Below are positions 40,673-49,900 of a stretch of 52,504 nt of DNA, piece after piece (within the stretch, counting starts at the first letter, position 1; every line of letters begins with the position of its first letter). Under the pieces are notes generated by a model. It was not told the DNA's origin. It was given only the letters and a program-made list of their open reading frames with translations, and did not search any database. Source of the DNA: Acidobacteriaceae bacterium (GTDB lineage Bacteria > Patescibacteriota > Doudnabacteria > UBA920 > O2-02-FULL-48-8); NCBI GenBank assembly GCA_050258715.1, contig JBLMZH010000016.1:1-52504 (forward strand). Direction: 5' to 3'. The position numbers and the translations under genes were made by a program.

Positions 40673-41170
40673 TTATTTCCCGGTTTGGAAATAAAGGTTG
40701 GTGCCGTTTACGCCTTCGCTTGCGGCGCGAAGCACTCCAGCTCCGCCTCCGGGTGTGGGCTGAGTAAGCGAGGGCAGCGTTACAGGCTCCTGCTCGTTTT
40801 CAAGGTTGGCGTAGAGGATGCAATGATTGTCGGAAGTGACGCTATAGCGGTAATTGGTCGCGCTTTCATTGCCGCTTTTCGGATCGACAGGAATCTTAAA
40901 CTGCGATACCTGGGGGTATTTTGTTCTGATCTCAGACACCAGCTGGGACAAGTCGTAATCTCCGGTTCCGGCGCTGGGTACGTAGCAGTCGCTGGCCAGC
41001 ACGAATCCCGCGATCTGGGAAAGTTCGGCTTTCCTTCGGACGTCCCTGGCCTTGCCCCGCGCTCCTCCCAAAGCCACGAGCATTATCCCAGCGATGACGC
41101 CAATGATCGCGATCACAACAAGGATCTCGATCAAGGTAAAGCCTGAATTTATGCGGTGTCTTTTGAACAT
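40673..41170 (-). CDS. Type IV pilin / pseudopilin-like protein
   Basis: Prepilin signal ..NSG|FTLIEILVVIAIIGVIAGIMLVAL. Confidence 0.85.
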   Translation of the reverse strand: MFKRHRINSGFTLIEILVVIAIIGVIAGIMLVALGGARGKARDVRRKAELSQIAGFVLASDCYVPSAGTGDYDLSQLVSEIRTKYPQVSQFKIPVDPKSGNESATNYRYSVTSDNHCILYANLENEQEPVTLPSLTQPTPGGGAGVLRAASEGVNGTNLYFQTGK

Positions 41171-41238
41171 AAAAAATCAACGCTTTAATTATAACAGATA
41201 TTAAAGCGTGGACTATTTTTGCTTCAGTGAAAAATTCT

Positions 41239-41451
41239 TTAGAGAAACGCGACAGCGTCGGCAACTTCGGCCAGGTCCGCATACTGTTTGTCGGGAATGA
41301 GGTCAAGAAGCTGGAGCACTTCTTCTGGTGCTCCGCCCAGGCTCGCATGTGCGATCAGCGACTGTTTGTCCGTCGGGAAAGCCGCGCCTTCAAGAAAATT
41401 TATCACCCGCGAAGTTACTTCGTTTTCATTGGAATTTATTTCGTCGTCCAT
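41239..41451 (-). CDS. DUF2795-like small protein
   Basis: ..FLEGAAFPTDKQSLIAHASLGGAPEEVLQLLDLIPDKQYADLAEV.. The start is set at MDDEINS, since the longer ORF overlaps a terminator. Confidence 0.7.
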   Translation of the reverse strand: MDDEINSNENEVTSRVINFLEGAAFPTDKQSLIAHASLGGAPEEVLQLLDLIPDKQYADLAEVADAVAFL

Positions 41452-41502
41452 GAAGCTCAGCTTACCTAGGTGCCGCAAAAAAATAAATTGTACCGAATGT
41501 AT

Positions 41503-41538
41503 AAAAACCCCCATTAACCGGGGGTTTAAATTTTTTTG
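41503..41538. terminator. Bidirectional-shape intrinsic terminator
   Basis: AAACCCCC-attaacc-GGGGGTTT flanked by A and T runs. Confidence 0.65.
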
Positions 41539-41563
41539 TTTTGAAGTTTAGAGAGGGGCGAAC

Positions 41564-43789
41564 TTATTGGATGCCGTTTTGGGTAGCCATATGATTGCCT
41601 GCAGGGCCCAGATTGGTTGCTCCTTCCGTGGCAAAAGTCAAAGTATAGGCCGTGCTTGTGCTGGAATATACGTAAGTTGCCGCGCTCAAAGGATCGACAG
41701 GCACGGTCTTTATGTACATCGGAGCAAGCTGGGATAAGGCTGAAGGGTAAGCGTTATTATCATTAAAATAAAGTTCCAAAGCTGTCTGCATCTGGCGGAT
41801 GTCGGCGATCCTGATAGCGTCTCTTTTTTCCAATGCCATCGAAGAACCTTTCGGCAGCATTACCGGTCCTTCGGGCACGGAAAGGTCAGCCTGGTTGGCC
41901 GGCACAACGTACTCGAACTTTAAGTTCCATGACTTGAAAATATCCTCCGAGGTAAAAGCGTATCTTAGATCACTGCCCATGAAATAAATCGTGTTGTTGT
42001 GAAGGACTACGGCCCCGCGGGGATGTCGGAGATTTGTATTGCCAATTGCCTCGCCGGCTTCAATCTTGCTGGTATCGCCAAAGGACACATTAGACAATCT
42101 GTAACCAAGTCCTTTAAACACCTCCATTGACGTGAACGCCCGCTTTTTACCGCCGGCTATGGCGTAAATAACACCTTGGTCCTGATACAGCGCGCCGTCC
42201 CTGACTTCGTCGATTTCGGGCATTATCGCAATGGTTTTGGGCGATCCGGGCAGCAGCGCCAATTGGGCTGAGTCGTTCTTGTCAGCAGCGTAAACGTAAA
42301 ATGAATGAGGCTTCCCGTCCTTGAATTCGGGATAGATATAGGCCGAATATCCGTGGTCGCCTGCAAAACCAGTCGCTTGATTTACATCAAAGCGCTTGTC
42401 GTAGGCAGAACCATATCCCGCTTCTTTTCCTTTGCCTTTCGGCCCGTCGGAATAAATTTTGACGCTGACCCAAGATTCCGGGAGGTCCGGATCAAGCGCC
42501 CATCCATTCAGCTCCCCGTCAGCGAAACCGTCAAAACTGCCGATCGGGAAAGTGTTGACGAATGCCGGGTCCTCGACTTTTATCGAGATCGAATCGGATG
42601 TGTAAGGATTGTCGGAAAAGATGAGCAAAGAATAATTCCCCGGCATCAATTTATTCGGCAAAGCCGTCGCTTGCCTGGAATCATCGGGCAGAAGCGGGGC
42701 CTTGGTATCCCAATAATAGGCGCCATCGTTGGTGATGTCTTTTGCGATATAGCCTGAGCCAAAAACGCCGGTCAGCAAAATGCTGACTTTTGATTCGGGG
42801 AAAGCTCCGGTCCAGGCCAAGTCGTAGCCAGTGCCGGCTTTGATGACCGCAAAATCCGTGGGCTGGGAAATTGAGATTTCAAATTCCTGGGGAGTTTCGA
42901 TTTCAATCGGGACGGTCTTCGAAACCAGATCGCCGAAAGAATTGGTACACTTCAGGCCAAGAAGCGCATAATCAGCACCTTCAGGCTTGGCAAGCAGCAC
43001 GTTGCTGCCTAAGGCGGGCAGATTTTTTTGATCGGACCAGTACCCACCGCTCTTCATGGGAATTATTCCCGGACTGGCCTGGCCTTCGCATGAACTGGCG
43101 TTGCTTGAAGCCCATTCCAAAACAATTTCGCTCCCGTATTTGATGCTGGCTGAATAAGGATCATAATCCTCGGCCATTGCATCCTCGCCGTTTATCATGA
43201 ACTTATCAATCGACGGCGCCGCGATCCCCTGTCTTTCAAGTTTAAATTTGGTCTCGGTGCTAATGCTCTGGCCGTCGGGACCGATGAGAAAAATGTAATA
43301 GCTGCCAGTGATCAGTTTCGTATCGGCAGTGATGTTCAGGTCTTCAAATTCGGACAGGTCCAAAGGAATGACATAGCCACTGATCGTCCAGGAAAATTTT
43401 CCGTTGTCGGGAATATTTTTGGCAATGTATCCCCCAACGTATTTTAACCCGGCGGCGTCGCTTGCTAAACTGTAGGTGATGGAGTCGAGGTTGATGATAG
43501 CGATCGAAACGCTGCTTCTGCTCCCGCTTGGCGCCCAGGTGATATCGTGCGTCGAATCAAAATTCCAAGCTTCGTCTTCCTTGGGAGAAGTAAAATCGGT
43601 CTGAACATTAACGCAGTCCGCACTGACACATACGTCGCTTCCGCCGAGGGTGGTTAAACTTAAGACTTTCCCATTCTTATCGAATACATTTTTAAGCCAG
43701 CTGTCCGGCTGGGAATTTGAAAAAGCATTTGCGGGCAAAGCCCAAGCAAATACCAAAATAAAAATCGCCAAAAGCCCGAATTTCTTCAT
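41564..43789 (-). CDS. Large secreted protein whose C-terminal ~95 aa resemble a pilin globular head without the N-terminal hydrophobic helix
   Basis: Sec signal MKKFGLLAIFILVFAWALPANA. The C-terminus is ..KRDAIRIADIRQMQTALELYFNDNNAYPSALSQLAP.YIK.VP.DPL....YVY......YTL.F..E. Confidence 0.7.
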   Translation of the reverse strand: MKKFGLLAIFILVFAWALPANAFSNSQPDSWLKNVFDKNGKVLSLTTLGGSDVCVSADCVNVQTDFTSPKEDEAWNFDSTHDITWAPSGSRSSVSIAIINLDSITYSLASDAAGLKYVGGYIAKNIPDNGKFSWTISGYVIPLDLSEFEDLNITADTKLITGSYYIFLIGPDGQSISTETKFKLERQGIAAPSIDKFMINGEDAMAEDYDPYSASIKYGSEIVLEWASSNASSCEGQASPGIIPMKSGGYWSDQKNLPALGSNVLLAKPEGADYALLGLKCTNSFGDLVSKTVPIEIETPQEFEISISQPTDFAVIKAGTGYDLAWTGAFPESKVSILLTGVFGSGYIAKDITNDGAYYWDTKAPLLPDDSRQATALPNKLMPGNYSLLIFSDNPYTSDSISIKVEDPAFVNTFPIGSFDGFADGELNGWALDPDLPESWVSVKIYSDGPKGKGKEAGYGSAYDKRFDVNQATGFAGDHGYSAYIYPEFKDGKPHSFYVYAADKNDSAQLALLPGSPKTIAIMPEIDEVRDGALYQDQGVIYAIAGGKKRAFTSMEVFKGLGYRLSNVSFGDTSKIEAGEAIGNTNLRHPRGAVVLHNNTIYFMGSDLRYAFTSEDIFKSWNLKFEYVVPANQADLSVPEGPVMLPKGSSMALEKRDAIRIADIRQMQTALELYFNDNNAYPSALSQLAPMYIKTVPVDPLSAATYVYSSTSTAYTLTFATEGATNLGPAGNHMATQNGIQ

Positions 43790-43883
43790 AAATTTTAGTT
43801 TTGTTTCGAAAAGCTATATTTACTGATATTATTATAGCATTTTTCCTTATTTTTGTAAAATATTCTCACGCTCAGCGGTTTTT

Positions 43884-43916
43884 AAATCCCCCAGTTGCCT
43901 TGGGGGATTTTTTGTT
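43884..43916. terminator. Intrinsic terminator-like hairpin after the LTD gene
   Basis: AAATCCCCCA-gttgcct-TGGGGGATTT followed by TTTGTTT on plus. The flank on minus is weaker. Confidence 0.55.
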
Positions 43917-43917
43917 T

Positions 43918-44952
43918 CTATTCTGAACAGGTGTTGGTTAAGCCGGGCGTTTTTGTGGTAGTCCAGCAATAATTTCCAGCAACCTTTGAAAACGAGCTAA
44001 AGGTATGCAAGCCCGAATATTCAACTTCTGTTATGGCCACGCCCGCCGCATCTTTGACAATTACTTTTTCCGGCTCATCGTTGCCAAGCGTGATCTTGCT
44101 TTCCGATTTGTAGACAACGAAATATTCGCCGGGAGCAAGCGGCTGTTCGCGGCTGATGGTATACGATTTTTCCAAATCGGAAATCGTCCACCCTTTTATG
44201 CTGAGGGCGGCATCGCCGACATTCGCCAATTCGATGAATTCCTTGTTGGCGCCGGATGGATGCACTGCCAGTTCGCTGATGATGATCTTTGCCGGCTCTT
44301 GAGAAGGTGGAGGCGTTGTGTCATCGTCGTCGTCATCATCCCCGGGCGGAGGCGTTGTGTCACCACCCGGAACATAAGCACTGTTGCTCGGCGCGGCGGT
44401 CTGAATTTGAAAATCAGCCAAGTTATTGTCAGTGTCGTCTCCGGTTCTAATTAACGCACTGTCCGAAGGCGGCACGGGTGCATTGGCCGTTTCAAATGAA
44501 TTGGTCAAAGCGTCGCCATAGCCAACCTTATCGGCAATGGCGGCGTCAGTCCCCGAAGTCAGATAAGTTGTGCTGTTTGAAAGAAACACTGTCCCGCCTG
44601 CCGCACCCGAAGACAGACTGAACGACGAACTTAACAGATCGGGCACAACCGTTCCGTTGTAGGTCGAAGGCGCGATCAGAAAATAACGGTTGGCAGGAAT
44701 CACGACGTCCGGCAGATTTTTCTTTCCGGTCGTGAGCGGAAACGCTCCGGTCGAAGACTTATACTGAAGCGACCAACCCAGAAGGCTGACTGGGGAAGCG
44801 GTGGGATTATAAAGTTCTACAAACTCGTCCCCTGCCCCGTTATCGCCTGACACCTGGATCTGGCTGATGACGAGATGATTGGTGGCGGCTGAACTTGTCA
44901 GCGGCACTATCAAACTGATTCCTAGCGATATTAATAGGATCTTTGCTTTCAT
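43918..44952 (-). CDS. Secreted protein with two lamin-tail domains (LTD)
   Basis: HLVISQIQVSG....DEFVELYNPT..PVSL.GW and IIISELAV......EFIELANVGD.ALSIKGW, joined by the linker TPPPGDDDDDDDTTPPP. The start is placed at MKAKILLISLG (signal peptide). The longest ORF reaches 45003. Confidence 0.8.
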   Translation of the reverse strand: MKAKILLISLGISLIVPLTSSAATNHLVISQIQVSGDNGAGDEFVELYNPTASPVSLLGWSLQYKSSTGAFPLTTGKKNLPDVVIPANRYFLIAPSTYNGTVVPDLLSSSFSLSSGAAGGTVFLSNSTTYLTSGTDAAIADKVGYGDALTNSFETANAPVPPSDSALIRTGDDTDNNLADFQIQTAAPSNSAYVPGGDTTPPPGDDDDDDDTTPPPSQEPAKIIISELAVHPSGANKEFIELANVGDAALSIKGWTISDLEKSYTISREQPLAPGEYFVVYKSESKITLGNDEPEKVIVKDAAGVAITEVEYSGLHTFSSFSKVAGNYCWTTTKTPGLTNTCSE

Positions 44953-45107
44953 ATTCGGTTTGTTTAATTCACGAAGCTCTGTTGGTTTCAACAGCTTAAG
45001 CAAATTTGATTAAGAGGCAATTATAGGAACGCCAAAATCAGGTGTCAACAAAAGCTGCTGTGGAAAATCCTGACGACTTGTCTTTTGATTTCTTTAAATC
45101 CAATTGT

Positions 45108-46280
45108 TTAGCGAAATTGCGAAAGGTCGTTCGTGACGAAGGTTTTAGTTATGGTCGTGACGTGCTTAAATCGATCCGTGATCCGGATTAAGACTTGAAC
45201 CAAATACGGAGCATTGTCCGGTCCTGAGTTCGGAGCGCGCTTGGGCGTTACGGCACTTCCCGATCCCGAAGAGGTAACCGTGACCATTCCCGACATTCCG
45301 ATCCCGCCGCGGGCGCCGTGGAATTGGCAATAATACGGGAAGGTTCCGGGTGTTGGAAAAGTCTCAGAAAAAGACATACCGGGATTTAAAGTTCCGCTGT
45401 TGAACGAGCCGTTGTCGGCAGTAACCGTATGCGCCATGGTACCGGAGTTAGCCCAGGTCACTGTTGTGCCGGCCGGTATGGAAATATTTTGAGGCGTAAA
45501 AAAGTCATCACCGATGGTTACCGAAGATATTGAAGAAGAAGCGGCCGGAGGCTGGCTTACGACTTGAGGACTTTGGGCTGCGGCATTAGGAACCACATAA
45601 TTAACAGGCACGGTTGACGGAGCAGAAGGCACAGAGCTTGTCGGACTGATCGTATTGGCGCTTGCGCTTAAAGCGCCGGGAAGCCCTGCAAGACCCGGGC
45701 AGTCAGACGGTAATAAGGGTCTGATTGTTGAGCCGCTGAATTTATACCAGCCCGCTGGTTGTGCCGGGCTTAAAGTCGGCCCCCACAAAGCCCCGCAATT
45801 GTTTATCGGGCTGACTTCCATATAGCTTGTGGATATGGTCGGGTTCGCCGCAGCATAAGAGCGCCAACAGCTTACCGGGACCCAGGTGGAACCGGTCCAG
45901 GCGTACAAAGAATCCGTAACCCAAGAACAGCCGTTCACGACCGGTGCTGAACTTGCAGGAACGGAAGCGCTTACAGGCACTGAACCGGCGGTTGAAGAAA
46001 CGTAGGCTGTTGGCATTGTGCCGTCTGAAGCGACCATGGTGGCAGGAACATTCGCATACAGGCTGGGCGAAGTGACATAAACAGGACTCTGCGGCGCCAA
46101 AGACTGATCCGCAGCTTGGGGCGGGATCTGCTGGTAGCTCACCACCTGCGGGACGCTGGTAGTGGAATAGGAAGCGTTTGAAATCAAAGCTGAAACCAAA
46201 ACCGCCGCAAACCCGCCGATCAGGGAAAAGGCCAGCAGCTTCCACCGATTATTTTTAACTTTTTTCCCGAAATCTTTCAT
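45108..46280 (-). CDS. Membrane-anchored protein with C-terminal cupredoxin (plastocyanin-like) domain
   Basis: N-terminal TM and a Ser/Pro/Ala/Val-rich linker. ..FTPQNISIPAGTTVTWANSG.MAHTVT..., FPYYCQFHG....MSGMV gives a type-1 Cu ligand pattern H...C..H....M. Confidence 0.75.
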   Translation of the reverse strand: MKDFGKKVKNNRWKLLAFSLIGGFAAVLVSALISNASYSTTSVPQVVSYQQIPPQAADQSLAPQSPVYVTSPSLYANVPATMVASDGTMPTAYVSSTAGSVPVSASVPASSAPVVNGCSWVTDSLYAWTGSTWVPVSCWRSYAAANPTISTSYMEVSPINNCGALWGPTLSPAQPAGWYKFSGSTIRPLLPSDCPGLAGLPGALSASANTISPTSSVPSAPSTVPVNYVVPNAAAQSPQVVSQPPAASSSISSVTIGDDFFTPQNISIPAGTTVTWANSGTMAHTVTADNGSFNSGTLNPGMSFSETFPTPGTFPYYCQFHGARGGIGMSGMVTVTSSGSGSAVTPKRAPNSGPDNAPYLVQVLIRITDRFKHVTTITKTFVTNDLSQFR

Positions 46281-46464
46281 TAGTTCATGCTTGCGTTTTC
46301 ATAAACAAACGTCAAAGCTCAATTTTCACCAAGACCCATGCAAGAACCGGGTTTGATTTTGGCATGAACGGGATTTTTGTGAATATCTTTTCACATAACG
46401 AAAAACCGCCGGAGAATCGCTCCCCAGCGGCTTAGACAAACCTTTCTTTGCACAATGCAAGGCC

Positions 46465-47091
46465 TTATTGCAGACAAACTTCCCGTACTCCCAGTCTCGC
46501 TCCTTTAGTAAAGAATTCGCTATCGCATCCGAAGCCGATTCTCAGCAAGCGCTGCCTGGTCGACTCGACGCTCGATTTGACCCCGTCAATGACTCGCATT
46601 CTCGGGAACTGGATGAAATCGCTGACGGTTATGTCCGGAGCCTCTTTCTGCAACTCGCGCTCAAGGAAATTGAGAGCGCTATGCGAAAGCGTCCCGAGCA
46701 CGAGCACGGGCAATTTCCTGACAGCCTCGGGACCCAGTCGGCGCAGTAATTCATCCGAAATGCTGGCAGGCGGCAGCGCGATCCAGTCAAGCTGGGTCAG
46801 GCCGAGCGAAACCAGCTTGTCAGCCAACTGCTTGTCGGCTTTGGGAATGAACGGGTGCCGGCAGGCGTCCCTGGCAATCTTCCTGGTATAAGCCGCGATC
46901 AGCTGGCTGACCGTAAGCCTGGGCGCCCATTCGTTGCAGAGCGCAAGCCGCGTCTTTTGGCTGCCGAAAGCGCGATCGAAGCAGATGTTCCCATCCCCTT
47001 CGTACAGGACCAGTTCAACCAGTTTGTTCCGGGTGTTGGGCGAAAAGCCGAGCTCGGCGATCGTCATCTTAAAAACTTCGCTTTTGTCCAC
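46465..47091 (-). CDS. Hypothetical protein with two weak RNAP-alpha-CTD/HhH-like segments
   Basis: IAELGFSPNTRNKL and LSHSALNFLERE...ITVSDF resemble the LS.R..N.L HhH pattern. Low certainty. Confidence 0.45.
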   Translation of the reverse strand: MDKSEVFKMTIAELGFSPNTRNKLVELVLYEGDGNICFDRAFGSQKTRLALCNEWAPRLTVSQLIAAYTRKIARDACRHPFIPKADKQLADKLVSLGLTQLDWIALPPASISDELLRRLGPEAVRKLPVLVLGTLSHSALNFLERELQKEAPDITVSDFIQFPRMRVIDGVKSSVESTRQRLLRIGFGCDSEFFTKGARLGVREVCLQ

Positions 47092-47186
47092 AAAAGTCCT
47101 CCTTGGACTGCCCGCAGTAAAATTAAAAATACGGCGAACGGATTGTGATTAGCAATTCTATCATGAGGTTTGTCTCTTGGTCAACC

Positions 47187-47224
47187 ATAAAAAACAAAAT
47201 GGTCCTGTGCCTTGGCCCAGGACC
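47187..47224 (-). terminator. Intrinsic terminator
   Basis: Minus strand GGTCCTG-10 nt-CAGGACC followed by ATTTTGTTTTTTAT. Confidence 0.65.
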
Positions 47225-47244
47225 TCAACCGTGTCGTCGTTTTT

Positions 47245-47757
47245 TTAGACCTTGTAAGCCCGCTCCAATTCTTCGATCTCAATCTTTTTCATTTTCAGCA
47301 TGGCTTGCATAACCCGATCGGCCTTGCTCTTGTCCGGGTCGCTTAAGAGTTTCGTTAAGGCCGTCGGAATAATCTGCCAGGAAAATCCATACTTGTCCTT
47401 TAACCAGCCGCATTGCTGAGCTTTTTCGTCTCCGCCTTCACCAATCTTGCTCCAAAAATGGTCTACTTCCTCCTGGGTCTTGCATTCGACATACAGAGAC
47501 ACTGATTCGTTTGGCTTAAAAAGAGGGCCGCCGTCTAAAGCCATAAACCACTGGCCTTCTAATTGAAAAATCGCGGTTAAGATCTTGCCCTCCATGCCTT
47601 TCATCGGCTCTTCCAAAGGGCCTTCGGGATAACGCTTGATGCTTATTACTTTGGACTCCGCTTTCTTTGCCGGAGAGCTTTCGAACACGGAAACGTAAAA
47701 ATTTATTGCCTCCTCAGCTTGGGTGTCGAACCACAAAAATGGCGTGATCTTTTGCAT
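47245..47757 (-). CDS. PhnB-like VOC/glyoxalase-superfamily protein (3-demethylubiquinone-9 methyltransferase-like domain)
   Basis: MQKITPFLWFD..AEEA..FY.S.F and GWLKDKYGFSWQI. Confidence 0.8.
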   Translation of the reverse strand: MQKITPFLWFDTQAEEAINFYVSVFESSPAKKAESKVISIKRYPEGPLEEPMKGMEGKILTAIFQLEGQWFMALDGGPLFKPNESVSLYVECKTQEEVDHFWSKIGEGGDEKAQQCGWLKDKYGFSWQIIPTALTKLLSDPDKSKADRVMQAMLKMKKIEIEELERAYKV

Positions 47758-47791
47758 ATGTTTATTTCGGATAATTAGCTGATGTTAAAAA

Positions 47792-48424
47792 TCATTCAGT
47801 CACCGTTACTGATCCGGTCATGTACGGATGGATCGAACAATAATAATCAAACGTGCCCGCTTGATTGAAAGTGTAACTATAGCTTTGTCCAGTGGCCAAG
47901 GTCGGGCTTGAAGGTCCGCCGTTTCCACCCGTCACAGTATGCGGAGCGCTGTCATTATTGAGCCAGGTGACTCTTGTCCCTTTTTTTACCGACAAATGCG
48001 CAGGGCTGAAACTAAAATTGCTGATCACGACACTGGCTGTTGTGGCCGTTGCCGTAGCACTACTTGAGGTTGTGCTAGTACTGGTCGCCGGAGAAGTCTG
48101 CATGTTCATGGGTTGGCTCGAAGAGCCGGTTGCCGCAGTTTTGCTGCTTTTGCTCAATTGAGGCTTGGCCGCAGTTTGGCTGGGAGTACTAGTTGGTGTA
48201 GCCGATGCCTGAAGGTTTGGCGTGGCTGGATTCGCAGCTTGAGATGAACTGTTGTCCGAAGTCTGCCCCGCACTGCTTGAATAGGCGCTGTTCCCGCTTG
48301 GATTATTTCCTTTGTTTGAAGATGCGAAATAATATATTCCCAAACCAACGATAACTATGACGGCAATGGCTACGCCCAAAAACACCGGAGGGCGCTTATT
48401 ATTTAGATTTTGTGGATCGTTCAT
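47792..48424 (-). CDS. Second membrane-anchored cupredoxin-domain protein
   Basis: Start placed at MNDPQNL.. before the TM. Ser/Thr/Ala-rich linker. ..FSFSPAHLSVKKGTRVTWLNNDSAPHTVT.., FDYYCSIHPYMTG gives the H...C..H..M ligand pattern. Confidence 0.75.
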   Translation of the reverse strand: MNDPQNLNNKRPPVFLGVAIAVIVIVGLGIYYFASSNKGNNPSGNSAYSSSAGQTSDNSSSQAANPATPNLQASATPTSTPSQTAAKPQLSKSSKTAATGSSSQPMNMQTSPATSTSTTSSSATATATTASVVISNFSFSPAHLSVKKGTRVTWLNNDSAPHTVTGGNGGPSSPTLATGQSYSYTFNQAGTFDYYCSIHPYMTGSVTVTE

Positions 48425-48600
48425 AAATAGAAAATTAATTAAGATCTTTAAATCCTGCTTTATTATTTTGAAAGAGTAAATGATATATAACGACCAATGC
48501 CTTGAATAAACAAGTAAGCGGCCCATTGGGAACACGAAAAAAGCCGGCAAAGAATCTTTCGATTCTTTGCCGGCTGAAGCTGGTTGAGGAAACGTTGGTC

Positions 48601-49863
48601 TTAGGCCTGAGACTCGATGACTTCGTCGGCGATGTCGTCGCGGTAGTAGGCCCCTATAAACGAGATGCCCCGAACGGCCTCCAAAGCCCGGACTTTGGCA
48701 GAGACATAGGTCTCGCCCTTGCCCACGGCGGTCAGGACCCGGCCTCCGGAGTTGACCAGGACGTTGTCGCGAAACTCGGTGCCGGCCTGGAACACGAGGT
48801 ATTCCTCGGCCTCCTCGGGGAGTCCGAGAATCATGGAGCCGGTCTCGGGAGTTCCCGGATAGCCTCGGGAAGACATGACGATTCCAACCGTCTTGTCCTT
48901 CGAAACCGGCCAGCGCTTCCCGAGCTTTTGAAGCGAGCCGGCTTTTGTCGTGGCTATAAGCAGCGGCAAGAGCTTGAAGTCGAACAGCGGCATCATGAGC
49001 TGGGTCTCGGGATCGCCGAAGCGGCAGTTGATCTCGATGACCACCGGTCCCTTGTCCGTGATCATGAGCTGGAAATAGAGCACGCCCTTGTACTGCCGCC
49101 CGATCCCGGCCATGGTCCTGATCGTGGGCTCCACGATCTGGTCGTCGATGGTCTGCTTGAGCTCGGAAGTCAGCAGAGGATGGGGCGAAAAGCCGCCCAT
49201 CCCGCCGGTGTTCGGGCCGCCGCGGTAGAGCGGCTTGTAGTCCTGGGCTGATCCTAAGAACGCGAAGTCCTCCCCGTCCGTTAAGACGAAGTAGGACATC
49301 TCCGGGCCGACAGCCATCCTCTGAATCAGCCAGGTTTCTTCGGCTTCCAGCTTTTCCAGCCTGGCCATGGCCGGCAGGAAGTCTTCCCCGCTCTTGATGA
49401 CCTCAGCACCCTTGCCCGAAGCCAGCCCGCTCTTCTTGATCACGAACGGCGGCTTCATGGCGGAAGCAGTACCCTTCATGGCCCCGAAGCTTTGGAAGTA
49501 AGTGGTCTTGGGAATGGCCACTCCCGCGCTCTCGAGCAGGTGGCAGCAGAACTCCTTGCTGGTCTCGATCTCGGCCGCGGCCTTGGTCGGGCCGAAGACC
49601 GGCAAGCGATGCTTGTTGAAGTGATCAACAATACCGTTGGCCAAGGGGGCTTCGGGGCCGACGATTGTGAAGTCGATGTTGGCCACGACAGCCACGCTAG
49701 CCAGCGCGACATTGTCCTTGAGGAGAATGGCACCTCCAAGGCAGGTTCCAACCTCCGCAATACCCGGATTGCCCGGGATGGCGAATATCTCGTGCCCTTC
49801 CTGCCTGAGCTTCCAGGCGATCGCGTGTTCGCGCCCGCCGCCGCCTAAGATCAGCACTCTCAT
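48601..49863 (-). CDS. purD: Phosphoribosylamine-glycine ligase
   Basis: MRVLILGGGGREHAIAWKL and ATP-grasp motifs throughout. Confidence 0.95.
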   Translation of the reverse strand: MRVLILGGGGREHAIAWKLRQEGHEIFAIPGNPGIAEVGTCLGGAILLKDNVALASVAVVANIDFTIVGPEAPLANGIVDHFNKHRLPVFGPTKAAAEIETSKEFCCHLLESAGVAIPKTTYFQSFGAMKGTASAMKPPFVIKKSGLASGKGAEVIKSGEDFLPAMARLEKLEAEETWLIQRMAVGPEMSYFVLTDGEDFAFLGSAQDYKPLYRGGPNTGGMGGFSPHPLLTSELKQTIDDQIVEPTIRTMAGIGRQYKGVLYFQLMITDKGPVVIEINCRFGDPETQLMMPLFDFKLLPLLIATTKAGSLQKLGKRWPVSKDKTVGIVMSSRGYPGTPETGSMILGLPEEAEEYLVFQAGTEFRDNVLVNSGGRVLTAVGKGETYVSAKVRALEAVRGISFIGAYYRDDIADEVIESQA

Positions 49864-49900
49864 GCGAACTCCTTTGTCTGTTCAGCTGCCGTCTGTTCGT

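Noticed and set aside
40661-41551. Plus-strand ORFs 40661-41146, 41227-41469 and 41288-41551, and minus ORF 40932-41348
   Set aside because: They are antisense to, or out of frame with, the pilin and DUF2795 genes, which have clear family signatures.
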